Shown here piece by piece: positions 41,202 to 52,974 of a stretch of 64,000 nt of DNA (position 1 is the first letter of the stretch; every line of letters begins with the position of its first letter). The translations under genes were made by a program, and so were the position numbers. The stretch covers positions 248,001 to 312,000 of the forward strand of contig JAANOX010000153.1 of NCBI GenBank assembly GCA_020184695.1. Direction: 5' to 3'. Under the pieces are notes generated by a model that saw only the letters and a program-made list of their open reading frames with translations, searched no databases and was not told the origin of the DNA. The stretch comes from Histomonas meleagridis 2922-C6/04-290x (taxonomy: Eukaryota > Protista > Parabasalia).

Positions 41202-42335
41202 TTAGAAGCACTTGCGGTGGACAATTCCTGGACCAGCTTCGTTGTATTCGTCACGTGTGATAACCATTTGTGGGAATGTGGCAAGGGAGGCGAGGATGGA
41301 GCCACCGATCCAAACTGCGTACTTACGTTCTGGTGGGGCGACGACTTTGATCTTCATTGTTGGTGGTGCGAGGCGGACCATTTCCTTCTCCATACGTTCT
41401 GGGAGACCTTCGAACATTGTGGTACCACCAGAGAGAACAATGTTAGCGTAGAGATCCTTACGGACATCGATATCGCATGCCATGATGGAGTTGAAGAGGG
41501 TTTGGTCAATACCTTCGAATTCGAAGCCATTGAAGTGTGGTTTGAAAAGAAGTTCTGGGCACCTGAAGCGCTCGTTGGCGATGGTGATGACGTTGCCATC
41601 TGGAAGTGTGTATGAGATGTCGCATTCGGATGTTGTGGCGGCCTTGTTCATTTCTTCATCGAAATCAAGAGCAACATATGCGTGCTTCTCCTTGATATCA
41701 CGAACGATTTCCTTTTCGGCGGATGTTGTGAATGTGTAACCACGTTCGTTGAGGATCTTTTGGAGGTAGGCTGTGAGATCACGACCGGCGAGGTTGATAC
41801 GCATGATGGCGTGTGGAAGGGAGTAGCCTTCGTAGATTGGAACTGTGTGGGAAACACCATCACCTGCATCGAAAACGATACCGGTTGTACGACCTGATGA
41901 GTAAAGGGAAAGAACGGCTTGGATACCAACGTAGAATGCTGGAACGTTGAATGTTTCGAATTGGAGTTGGATCATTCTTTTCACGGTTGGCCTTTGGGTT
42001 CATTGGGGGCTTCTGTAAGAAGAACTGGGTGTTCAGCTGGGTCAACACGTAATTCGTTGTAGAATGTGTGGTGCCAGATCTTTTTCCATATCGTCCCAGT
42101 TGGTAACGATACCGTGTTCAATTGGGTACTTGAGGATGAGGATACCTGCCTTAGCGCATGCTTCATCACCAACATATGTATCCTTGTTTTGACCACCAGC
42201 GATTGTTTGGACATACTTTGGACGACCAACAATTGATGGGAAAACTGAGCGTGGTGCTTCATCACCAGCGAAACCGGCCTTGCACATACCGGAACCATTA
42301 TCGATAACTAATGTTTGAACTTCGTCTTCAGCCAT
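41202..42335 (-). CDS. ACT: Actin, with three +1 indels that are probably assembly errors
   Basis: [24 protein letters not shown]...[10 protein letters not shown]. One extra base in runs at 42081-42085, 42005-42009 and 41975-41976; removing them restores a 376-aa actin. Confidence 0.95.
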
Positions 42336-42343
42336 TAGATGGA

Positions 42344-42348
42344 AGTGA
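42344..42348 (-). promoter_or_regulatory. Inr TCACT upstream of actin
   Basis: Minus strand reads TCACTTCCATCTAATG, with the Inr 8 nt before the ATG. Confidence 0.65.
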
Positions 42349-42865
42349 TGTGAACTTCGAATGTCCCTTTTCAGTTCAAATTTACAGACGCTTATATACA
42401 ATTTTTCAATACAAAAACGGTTTGGAGGACAAAGAGGCACGTCAAACAAAAGTGACATAAAGGTTACCAAAATTTATTTTTTAATAACTCAACTTCTAAA
42501 TTCTGCATTTTGTTATGTTATATATCATATTATAATACTATCTAGTAAAGGAAAATTTCTGTTTTTATGGTCAAAAATGATGAAAGATTTTATTTTTAAA
42601 AATTTTTTCATTGGAAAATTGAAAAGATTAAACATCAAAATTTATGAAAAAATTGCCTTTTTAATGGAAAACAAAAGCGATAATATTTATAACCATAAAA
42701 ATTATAGAAGCAGGAAAAATTTCTTCGAAAAAAATCAAAGTAATTAAAATTGGGATTAGTATAAAAATAAAATTATCGCGTAATGCTTTTTATCATATTT
42801 AATATATCAGAATAAACGAAACATTAAAAGTTTATTAATTCGAAACTTTGAGATTCCAAATTTTT

Positions 42866-44644
42866 TTATACGAAATTTGGTCTTACCCACTTACAATAAT
42901 ATATAATTGTTGAAATAACCCCAACAGCAACGACAATGAAGTACACAATCAACACGTTTTCTCCTGTTTGAAGTTTTTGGAGCGTCGCAATATCATATGA
43001 TATTATTGCATTTTGGCATGGAATATCCATCATTCTTGTAGTATTTGAATCCCCAAAACTAAGACGGAAGTTATTAAGACGTACTCGTATCTCTTTTTTA
43101 TCAAATGCATTTTCGCCCAAATACTCAATTTCTTCTCCGCAAAAAACGATATCAGTCAAAGCCGGACAGCTACTAAAAGCGTATTCCCCAATGTAATCGA
43201 TTTTATCAGTTCTCATAAAGACAAGCATCAATGCATGGTATCTATAATATGCGAATGGCATAACTTTTGTTTCATTTATAAGCAGGATATATGGAGATGT
43301 CGGCAAGCCAAAGTATATGATTGACATGTTTTTGCTGTATACAGCCAAGGAATCACTTGAATATGCAAAATTTGTGTTGTTTTCATCCACATCAATGGAC
43401 CCTAAATTGGTGCACCCCACAACGGGGTTACCCAAAATGGCGGTTATATTGAAATGGATTCTGAGATACGTTAAGGACGTACAGTTCATAAACGAACAGT
43501 TCTTGAGCGTGTTGACAGAAAAGGGGATATTCATTTCTGATAACGAATAACAGAATGCAAAGCAATGGTTAGGTATTTCAGTGATCGTTGAATTACCAAA
43601 ATCGATTTTTTCAATATTTTTACAGGATCCAAATGCAAATATAGCAATAGTAGAAACATGTGATGGTATCACAAATATCTTCTCACTCCAAGCAGGAGGG
43701 CAACGAAAGAGATGGTTTTTGTTCTTGTTATATATTACACCATTTACTTCCGAATAATTACAATTATTTTCATCAACAGTAAAATTGGCCAAGTAATCAC
43801 AGTTAACAAGAAAGCCTTCGCCAATGTAAGTTGCCCTTTCTGGAATATGCAATTCTGTGAGAATAGTGTCTGAAAATGCAAATGAAAAAATTGTCAAATT
43901 ATTTCCTTCGTCGAATGTAATACTTGAAAGGTTTGAGAGAGAAAACGCATAACTTTGAATAGCTCTGATATTTGGCGGAATACGAATCGATGTGATATTT
44001 GATGATGCAAATGAGTAAAAACCTATGACTCTAATATTGTTATCAATCACCACTGGTTCTTTTATAACTTTGGGTGACAGTAGGAGTGCATTGTCGGAAT
44101 ATAAAATGGAATTAATGATTTTAAAGTTTGGACTTTGATTATCAATACGAGCAAGATTAGAACAGCCATAAAAAGAGTTTGAATTAATTGATGTTACCTT
44201 TGCTGGAATAACAATTTCGGTAAGTAAGAGGCAATTTAGAAATGCATAATGTCTGATTTCTTCCAGATTAGCTGGCAATGTAATTGATGTTAGGACTGGG
44301 CAATTTGCAAATGTGTAGTTTGGAATAACCTTGATATTTGGAGAAAGACGAATAGATTGAAGAGATGGTAATCCTGCAAAACAATTCTCACTTATGTTTT
44401 CAATGGTATCTGGCAATATAATTGATTTGAGTGATTCGCAACAGTCGAACGTGCCCTCTGAAATCGACGTGAAATTTCCCAATATAGTTATTTTTGTGAT
44501 GTTTGATCTTAAGATATCATGATAAATAACATCACGAAAATCAACAACACTATCACCATCTTCTAGAGTGTACTCTATTATTAGTTCTGTTCCGTTTGGT
44601 TTGGATGCATTTAAAACACTATAAAACAAGACAAAAATCAGCAT
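42866..44644 (-). CDS. BspA-like (TpLRR) leucine-rich-repeat surface protein
   Basis: Signal peptide, repeats L.SI.LP..I..I...AF..C, C-terminal TM helix VLIVYFIVVAVGVISTIIYY. Confidence 0.9.
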   Translation of the reverse strand: MLIFVLFYSVLNASKPNGTELIIEYTLEDGDSVVDFRDVIYHDILRSNITKITILGNFTSISEGTFDCCESLKSIILPDTIENISENCFAGLPSLQSIRLSPNIKVIPNYTFANCPVLTSITLPANLEEIRHYAFLNCLLLTEIVIPAKVTSINSNSFYGCSNLARIDNQSPNFKIINSILYSDNALLLSPKVIKEPVVIDNNIRVIGFYSFASSNITSIRIPPNIRAIQSYAFSLSNLSSITFDEGNNLTIFSFAFSDTILTELHIPERATYIGEGFLVNCDYLANFTVDENNCNYSEVNGVIYNKNKNHLFRCPPAWSEKIFVIPSHVSTIAIFAFGSCKNIEKIDFGNSTITEIPNHCFAFCYSLSEMNIPFSVNTLKNCSFMNCTSLTYLRIHFNITAILGNPVVGCTNLGSIDVDENNTNFAYSSDSLAVYSKNMSIIYFGLPTSPYILLINETKVMPFAYYRYHALMLVFMRTDKIDYIGEYAFSSCPALTDIVFCGEEIEYLGENAFDKKEIRVRLNNFRLSFGDSNTTRMMDIPCQNAIISYDIATLQKLQTGENVLIVYFIVVAVGVISTIIYYCKWVRPNFV

Positions 44645-44825
44645 CCTAGTCTTGAAAACAGAACATTGAAATTTGACAAAAACAGATCAAATTTAATTCA
44701 ATTGCCCAATACGACAACAATCTTTTCATCGTTGGCTATTCAAACGGTCGCCAATTGGAAATTTACAAAATGTTCAATGATTTTTGTTTAAATTTAACTA
44801 TTAAAATTGATTAAATATATTTTAA

Positions 44826-45179
44826 ATAGATTTAATAATTACAATCAACAATAAAAATAAAAACATAATAAAACTTCTTCTTGAACAAGAAAATAGATGT
44901 TAATTCTTATGATAATATTATACGCATATTCAAATTTAGATAATATAATTTGAAAATTGTTTTTATTAAGTTGGACTTCTTTAATGTATTCTGCCGAGAA
45001 TAATGATATTGAAATTGTTAAATTATTTTTGAATAACGATAAAATTGATGTTAATATGAAAAACATTTGAAGATTATATTATATGATATAAAAATTTTGG
45101 TGTTTATATAAAAAACTAATGACAGCTTTAATGAAAGCAGCGACTAACAATAACATTGAAATTGCAAAATTACTTTGAT
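44826..45179 (+). pseudogene. Degenerate ankyrin-repeat remnant with 17-nt-module spacers
   Basis: IIKLLLEQE..IDVNSYD, TSLMYSAENNDIEIVKLFLNNDKIDVNMK and TALMKAATNNNIEIAKLL* are separated by 61- and 60-nt spacers; e.g. tatgatataaaaatttt GGT gtttatataaaaaacta ATG ACA GCT. Confidence 0.65.
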
Positions 45180-45195
45180 ATCAAACACTGAAATT

Positions 45196-45399
45196 TTCTT
45201 TATTTCCACTATGTTTGAAGATATGGCAGTTGATCTTTATGTTCTCGAAAGGGCTTTCACATCGTCACATCCTGGAAAGCAGCACCTAGTAGACATAATA
45301 CTAGATGCATATTGTCAACTGACAGGAAAATCACAAATGGTAATGAAAAGATTAAAGAAAGTTCGTTCAAGAGGAAGGAAACACTCAATAGTTGGATGA
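45196..45399 (+). pseudogene. BUD32: C-terminal fragment of Bud32/TP53RK (KEOPS kinase)
   Basis: EDMAVDLYVLERAFTSSHP...KRLKKVRSRGRKHSIVG matches the Bud32 C-terminus; no N-lobe upstream. Confidence 0.75.
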
Positions 45400-45548
45400 A
45401 AAATCAAAAAATTCTTGAAAATTATAATTTCTTGCATTTGAATCTTTTATCATGACATTTTTTATTGTTTTTAATATAACATTTAAAATATAACATTACT
45501 AAAAACATTTACATTTACTCACAACTCTGTTAAAAAACAAAAGAATTA

Positions 45549-48500
45549 TCAGCTTTTGTCTGTTTCATTATTCACTTCTTTTACCATATGTCTTCTTCTT
45601 GAAAATGGATGTCTTGACCCGTTATGTATTGGGAACATTGGTGCGAAAGGAGTAATTGGTTGTGCAACAAGAGATCCAATGACCGCTGATCTATAAGCTC
45701 TTTCAAATTCTGCCATTGATTGATTAAAGTTTCTTGCTAATTGAGCTGTTTTTTGTTGGAACTCGTTTGCCATTTTTGCCATTTCTTTATTCTGTTCTAT
45801 TATAATGCCTTTATATCCATTACATACATTAACTATTTCATTTAATGTGTCTCTCAGAACGATAGGCATTTGACCATATGAGCTTTCAAATAAATTCTTA
45901 ACTCTTTCAATTTTGAATTTTATCCCATCCACTTTTTCGATTGATTCTATTGAATCGTATTCAATTGCTTTGAGAGGAATCGATTTTTTTCCATTTTTCA
46001 CTTCACAAATTTGTTTTTGTTGTTCATTTTCAAGTTTTAACTTTTCTTTTTCATGTTTAATTTTTAATAATTCAATTTCTTGAGTGAATTTTGAATTTTC
46101 TTTTTCGATTTTTCTTTTATTTTTTTCTTTTTGAATTTCAATCTCATTTTCACCATTTTGTTTAATTTTATCTAATTGATTTTGATATTCGTTTATAATA
46201 ATTTTCTTTTTTTCGTCGAATGATTTCTTAAGTTCATTTAATTCGAGTTCATTTTGTTTAATAATTATATCTTTTGGAATTTCGCCCATTTCATTTTTGA
46301 TTTTGATTTCAAGTTCATTTCTTGTTTCGATTAATTCGCGTCGAATTTCTGCTTCAAGTTTCAGTTTTTCTGTTTCTTGTTTCGCGCGCATTAATTCCAT
46401 TTCATCGTTAAACATTTCGATATTTTTTTCGAGCTTTTTCTTATGTTTTTTTTCTTGTTTATGTTCTTCTTCGATTTGAATTTGTTTTTTCTTTTCGATT
46501 TCATTAATTTCATTTTGTAATTCTTCAATTTGAATTTGTTTCTTCTTTTCGATTTCATCAATTTCGTTTTGTAATTCTTTTTTCTTTTTTTCTAATTCTA
46601 AATTTAATTCAATGATTTCGTCATCAAGTTTTTGCTTTGTATATTCTTTTTGTTGTATGTTACAATTAATACTTGATTTGATTTGATCAATTTGTTGAAT
46701 TTGTGCACGTTTTATTTGAAGTAATTCTTTTTTATGTTTTTTCTTCATTAATTGTAATGATTTTTCATGTTGTTTTTTCAAGTTATTAATTTCGAGTTCA
46801 TAATTTGATTTAAGATTTGATAATTCTGTTTTATGATTTAATTCCGTTTCAGTAATTTCATTTTGATTTAATTGTTGAAGTTTTTTGATTTCTTCTTGAT
46901 AATTCTTATTAAGTAAATTAATGTTAGTTTTGTTTTGTTGTTGAAGAATTTCATATTCTTTTTGATGGTTTTCATTTATTAAATTAATTTCATTTTGATT
47001 TTGTTGATTAAGAATTTCAATTTGTTTCTTATGTTTTTCAATTATTTCATTAATTTCATTTTGATTCTTTTGTTGAATTTCATTTATTATTTTGTTTTGA
47101 TTTATATTTGAATTAATTTCTTCGATTTTGTTTTGGAATTTATTATTAATTTCATTTATTTCATTTTGATTCTTTTTATTAAGTTTATTAATTTCTTGTT
47201 TATGTTTTTGTATTATTTCTTCTGTTTCTTTTTGATTCTTTTGTTTTAATTCATTTATTTTTGTTATTTGATTATTAATTAATTCGTTTTCAGTGTTTTG
47301 GTTTTCTTCTTTAATTCTTCCGATTTCTTCTCTATGATTTGATATTATTTCATTTAGTTCTTTTTGGTTCTTTTGCTTAAGTTCATTTAATATATTTTTA
47401 AAGTTTTCTTTTTCTTTTTGATTTTCTTTGTTTAGTTTTTCAATTTCATTTTTATGCTTTTCAATGATTTCATTAATTTCTTTTTGATTTCTTTGTTTAA
47501 GTTCATTTAATTCATTTTGATGTATATTATCAATTTCATCTTTTTGTGATTCCAATTTTTCGTTTTTAATTTCTTCATGTTTTTTATTGATTTCATTAAT
47601 CTCTTTCATATTTTTTTGTTGGATTTCATCAACTTTTTGACGTAATCTTTGCGTTTTTTGTTTATGATTCTCAATGATTTCTTTGATTTCATTTTTATTC
47701 TTTTGTTTGAGTTCATTAACTTCTTTCTTATGTTTTTCTATAATTTCATTTATCTCTTTAACATTTTGTTGCTTAAGTTCATCAATTGCTTTTTGATTTG
47801 ATATAATTTCGTTTTTCTTATTGTTATTATTAATTTCATTTAACATATTTTTATGATTTAATTTAATTTCTTCAATTTCTTTTTGATTCTTTTGCTTTAA
47901 TTCATTTAACTCGTTTTTATTTTTTATATTAATTTCATCGATTTCTTTTTGGTTCTTTTGCTTTAATTCATTTAACATGTTTTTGTGATTGGAATTGATT
48001 TCGTTTTTCATTGATTCAAATTTTTTGTTGAGTTTTTCTTTTTCAGCATTAATTTCTTTGGCATTGTTCTCCCTTAAATTGTTGAGGATTTCTTGAAGAT
48101 TATTTTGTTCTTTTTTAATTTGAAGTTTTAAGTTAATTATTTCTCTTTGGTTTTCTTTCTGGAGATGCTGAATTTCTGCCTGAAAATTTGCTTTCTCTTG
48201 TTCTAACTTCGATTTATCGATTTCGGTAATGTTGTTAGCTTTGACATGATCATTGACTTTGACATTTTGCTTTTTAAGATCAGCATTTTTGGATGGAATT
48301 TCTTTGAGATGTTGGGGCTTATTCACATTTCCATTGCATTTCTTCATTTTTTCACTTTGGAATAACTTCTGATAGTATTGATCAAGAGGATGATCCCATA
48401 ATGATTCTCGAGTTTTGGTGTTATAATAAAATGGATCGCCCTGTCCATCTTTCCTTTGGAATATTTTCCAACCTTCTGGTAATGGAACTTTCAAGGCTTC

Positions 48501-48641
48501 AATCGCAATCCAGCGAAGATCACGATCTTTGACTGGATCACCTCCAATCCACTCTAAATATTCGTCAATTTCTTCATCTGTTGGAGTGTAATTTTTGTTT
48601 GAATTTGGATCCTGGATTTCGATGAATTCCCCAGAGTTCAT
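45549..48641 (-). CDS. CEP164: CEP164-like WW-domain coiled-coil basal-body protein
   Basis: EEIDEYLEWIGGDPVKDRDLRWIAIEALKVPLPEGWK...FYYNTKTRESLWDHPLD matches the CEP164 N-terminal WW region; long coiled coil follows. Confidence 0.75.
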   Translation of the reverse strand: MNSGEFIEIQDPNSNKNYTPTDEEIDEYLEWIGGDPVKDRDLRWIAIEALKVPLPEGWKIFQRKDGQGDPFYYNTKTRESLWDHPLDQYYQKLFQSEKMKKCNGNVNKPQHLKEIPSKNADLKKQNVKVNDHVKANNITEIDKSKLEQEKANFQAEIQHLQKENQREIINLKLQIKKEQNNLQEILNNLRENNAKEINAEKEKLNKKFESMKNEINSNHKNMLNELKQKNQKEIDEINIKNKNELNELKQKNQKEIEEIKLNHKNMLNEINNNNKKNEIISNQKAIDELKQQNVKEINEIIEKHKKEVNELKQKNKNEIKEIIENHKQKTQRLRQKVDEIQQKNMKEINEINKKHEEIKNEKLESQKDEIDNIHQNELNELKQRNQKEINEIIEKHKNEIEKLNKENQKEKENFKNILNELKQKNQKELNEIISNHREEIGRIKEENQNTENELINNQITKINELKQKNQKETEEIIQKHKQEINKLNKKNQNEINEINNKFQNKIEEINSNINQNKIINEIQQKNQNEINEIIEKHKKQIEILNQQNQNEINLINENHQKEYEILQQQNKTNINLLNKNYQEEIKKLQQLNQNEITETELNHKTELSNLKSNYELEINNLKKQHEKSLQLMKKKHKKELLQIKRAQIQQIDQIKSSINCNIQQKEYTKQKLDDEIIELNLELEKKKKELQNEIDEIEKKKQIQIEELQNEINEIEKKKQIQIEEEHKQEKKHKKKLEKNIEMFNDEMELMRAKQETEKLKLEAEIRRELIETRNELEIKIKNEMGEIPKDIIIKQNELELNELKKSFDEKKKIIINEYQNQLDKIKQNGENEIEIQKEKNKRKIEKENSKFTQEIELLKIKHEKEKLKLENEQQKQICEVKNGKKSIPLKAIEYDSIESIEKVDGIKFKIERVKNLFESSYGQMPIVLRDTLNEIVNVCNGYKGIIIEQNKEMAKMANEFQQKTAQLARNFNQSMAEFERAYRSAVIGSLVAQPITPFAPMFPIHNGSRHPFSRRRHMVKEVNNETDKS

Positions 48642-49421
48642 TCGTTAGATGATGCTGTACGTTTATTAATAAGCAGGAAATAACTGCCGACGCCGTTTAA
48701 AGTGGCATATTGGCCAAATAACCTTTTAAAAAATCATCTATAAACCAATCAAAATTCTATTGGTATTGAACTTTTCGATTTTGACTAGTTGATTATCATT
48801 TGCCCATTATTTTTATTCATATTCTATGCATGCCATCAACACTATTTATTTAGTAATTTGGTCCTGGTTATGAGAAATCTAAAACATATATTTCAAAATT
48901 CATGTTTTACTTTTTTCAAACGTAAAAGTGGTATGCTTGAACTGTTTTAAATGATATCAAAATTTTGTTATCACACAGCCAATATTTAAACATATACAAG
49001 TTACACTTTTTCAATAAATTAACACTAAAATGCTTTTTTGGGGTTTTTTGATCATCTCCTACGAACCAAGGAAATAAAAACTCAGTTTTTCTTACCGATT
49101 ATTACGGTTTAACTTTCTTCACAATTATCTGATCGCTTTTGATTTTTGAAACAAAAAAACACGTTTAAATACTTGAAATGAAGCTTTTGTTGAATTTATA
49201 GTGAACAACCATTTATTATCTATCGTGCAATACTTACCAAGGAAACCAATGTCAATAAATTCATTTTTTCAGCGAATGTTTAAATTTAATTTAAGATTTA
49301 AATCTTATATAAATATAAATCAAACAGAAAAACTTAACATTATATCACAAATTATCTTACCTCTGATGCTCTTTGTAGAGCTATTCATAAAAATAAAAAA
49401 GTTTTTTTCACACATATTTCA

Positions 49422-52400
49422 TTGCAAAAAAATTTATGCCATATAACATTATTCCTTTGTTGTTTATCTTTATTTTTCTCATATTCCTTTGAAACATATA
49501 CTGTATCAACTCATACTCTTTCTGTCTCTACACTTAAAGAATATAATGAAAGAGACACATATAAAAGCACAACACTTCATCTTACAATAGGTGGTGAAAT
49601 TAGTGAAATTGGAAATAGAGCTTTCTATCAATGGTCTATATTAACTTCACTCGATATTGGCAACTCTGTTACTTCAATTGGAAGTTATGCATTTTATTAT
49701 TGCTCACGATTAAAAGAAATTAACATTGGGGATAATGTGGAAATAATTGAAAGTTACGCATTTTATTTAACGCCAATAACAAACATTTTCATTCCAAAAT
49801 CTGTTAGTTCATTTGGCGATGAAATATTTGGATATTGTAGAAAGCTTCAATTTATTAATGTATCTAATGAAAACAATAATTTTTGTGGAAATAATGGGGT
49901 TCTATATAATAAAGATTGTACATTAATAATTTGTTATCCAGGGGGGATAATCATCACAACATTTGAAATTCCAAGTACAGTTACAACAATAGGAAAATAT
50001 TCATTTTATTCATGCTCAACTTTAACATCTATTTCAATTCCAAATACAGTTACACTAATTGGAATTTATGCATTTTATGATTGTGCATCATTAAAAAATG
50101 TTGTAATACCAAATTCAGTTAAAGTAATTGAAAACTATACATTTTGTAGCTGTTATGGTTTAGAAACGATCGATTTAGGGGAAAATATAATAACAATCAA
50201 AAGTTATGGATAAAGCGAATGTTCTTTTCTAAATATCACAATTCCAAATTCTGTTGTATCAATTGAAAATTATGCATTTTCTTGTTCTTCATTAACATCA
50301 ATTATTTTAGGAAATAATGTAAATACAATCGGAAATTATGCGTTCGAAGATTGTGGATTAACAAAAATTGTGAAGGTTGTTTGGCATACTGCATAAATCT
50401 TCAAACAATTGAAGTATCTGATGAAAACATTTATTATGCTGTTAGTGATGGCATTCTATATAATACAAATTTTACTACAATTATATGTTATCCACGAAAA
50501 TTAACTTCCAAAACATTTGAAATACCGAACACAGTTACATTAATTGGAGGATATTCTTTTTATCATGTTTATACTTTAACAAGTAAGTTGTGATACCAGA
50601 TTCAGTAGTTTCAATTGGTAATTATGCATTGTATTACTGTTATGGACTAACAAGTATAGTAATTCCAGATTCAGTAATTTCAATTGGTAATTATGCATTT
50701 TATTACTGTTATAAAGCAGAAACGCTTACTATGGGTGATAATGTTTTGACAATTGGTTCATATTCATTTTATAATTGCTATAATTTAGAAACAATAACTT
50801 TAGGTGAAAGTTTAGTAACAATTGGTACTTATTCATTTTATAAATGCATAATGCCAAATATTGTAATTCCGAATTCAGTTCTAACAATTAATAGTTATTC
50901 ATTCTATAGTTGTTCTAAATTAGAAACTATTACTATTGGAAATAATGTACAAACAATCGGAAGTTATACATTTCAATCCTGCTCATCATTAACAAATATT
51001 GTAATTCCGAATTCAGTATATTCCATACAAAGTTATGCATTTAAATCTTGTACCAATTTGAAAACAGTTATCATCGGAGAAAATGTTGAAACACTTGGAA
51101 ACTATTTATTTAATGGATGTACTTCAATTAAAAACATTACAATTCCAAAGTCTGTATCATCTGTTACATCGCTTACTTTTGCATCGTGTTCAAATCTTCT
51201 ATACATTAATGTATCTAAAGAAAATAATTATTATTCTGATAATAATGGTATTCTTTATAACAAAGATTTTACATCAATCATTTGTTATCCAGTCGGATTA
51301 GCAAGTGAAACCTATAATATACTAAGTTCAGTTACATCAATTGGAAACAATGCATTTTATTATTGTTCATCATTAGCAAATATCGTAATACCAAATTTGG
51401 TTACATCAATTGGAAGCTCTGCATTTTATTATTGTTCATCATTAACAAATATTATAATTCCAAATTCAGTTACATTAATTTCAACATACGCATTTCGTTC
51501 ATGTACAAATCTAAACACAGTTATTATTGGTGAAAGTGTGAATGCAATTTATAGTTATGCATTTCAAGATGGTAGTAATCTTAATTGTATATATTTTACT
51601 GGTAATGAAGTTCCAAATAATTTATATTCAAATGTTTTTACAAATGTACCAGCACAATATGTTATGACATCCGATTTATATCAGGGAACAACATTTGGAT
51701 CACTAAATGTATCCAAAGGATCATCAATTGACGAATGTGATTTATATCCGTGGCCAACACATACATTCACAGATTCAAATACATTTACAAAAAGTAATAC
51801 ATTTACTAAATCAAATACATATTCACAAAGTAATACATTCACAAAGTCAAACACATATTCACAAAGTAATACATTTACAAAATCAAATACATATTCACAA
51901 AGTAATACATTTACAAAGTCAAATCCATTTACACAAAGTAATACATTCACTAAATCAAATCCATTTACACAAAGTAATACATTTACTGAATCAAAACGTG
52001 TCGATGAGACATATATTCATACAATATTTATAACCCAATTACACACACAAACAATTATTTCCATATCTATTTTTACTAATTCTATTTCTCTTTCTATAAT
52101 TAATTCATCTTATTATTATGTTGAAACTTTATTTATTTATTATGAATATTTAGTTATTGAATATTCATCATATATTTCATATTGTTCAGGTTTTTGTACT
52201 GTTTTAAATCAAAATGAAACGAATAACAATCAAATGAATAATCAAAATATTATAATTATTATTTGTGTTTGTGTAGTAATAGTTATAATTATTATAATTC
52301 TTATTGTAATGATTATTCATTTTCATCACAAGAAATAAATAAATGATGTAAACAGTATGAATGATGTAAATATTACTAATGATAGTACATTTTCAATGAA

Positions 52401-52485
52401 TAACTTTTCCATGAATTTTGCTGATATTGATGATGACCCATTTGCAGTTGATTTTAAAGAAAATAAATTTAATAGAAATATGTAA
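49422..52485 (+). pseudogene. BspA-like LRR surface protein gene with two in-frame TAA and two frameshifts
   Basis: TpLRR repeats continue across TAA 50211-50213 and frameshifts near 50375 and 50590. FT(K/Q)SN stalk and TM follow; the tail continues in frame after TAA 52336-52338 to DDDPFAVDFKE. Confidence 0.75.
51763..51990 (+). repeat. 18-nt coding tandem repeat ((T/P)(F/Y)(T/S)xSN stalk)
   Basis: About 12 units like ACATTTACAAAAAGTAAT / ACATATTCACAAAGTAAT. Confidence 0.9.
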
Positions 52486-52974
52486 ATTGACAGATATAAT
52501 CGAAATGTAGACATTGACCAAAAGCTAATGTTATAATACAAATAAAATTACATGTAATTTGAAATTTTTATTCATAAAAAATGGAACGCTGTAATGTTGT
52601 TACACTCACAACATAAATGAATTATTAAATTGGAAATTTTATTTTGAGGAAATATAGAAACTGAAATTTAATGTTTTATATACACTTATATTTCTTCAAT
52701 GAAGTGTTTTTTTAACACAAAACTTTAGAGATATTCAATAAAATCATTTATTATTTGATTATTTAGAATGTTTTTTCAAATAAGGCATCATTTTTTTGTT
52801 TAACTGAAGTTGAGCATTTGTACAAATTTGCATACACAATTGTGCATAAGATTCCGAATGTCGAGACACCCCTTATTCACTTCAGAGTTATTTGGGAATA
52901 TTGGGGCACCCTCATTTAAACAGCCAAGGTTCGAGATTTTGTTGTAATATTTTTTTTCGTTTTTTTAGTTTCAA

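Noticed and set aside
41975-42085. Programmed frameshifting in actin
   Set aside because: Three clustered +1 homopolymer insertions in a highly conserved gene are better explained by sequencing error.
22994-52338. TAA reassignment suggested by in-frame TAAs in the retroelement and BspA gene
   Set aside because: Most conserved genes in the window (actin, PRMT5, frataxin, MOB1, Hsp70) end in TAA at the expected position, so the standard code applies.
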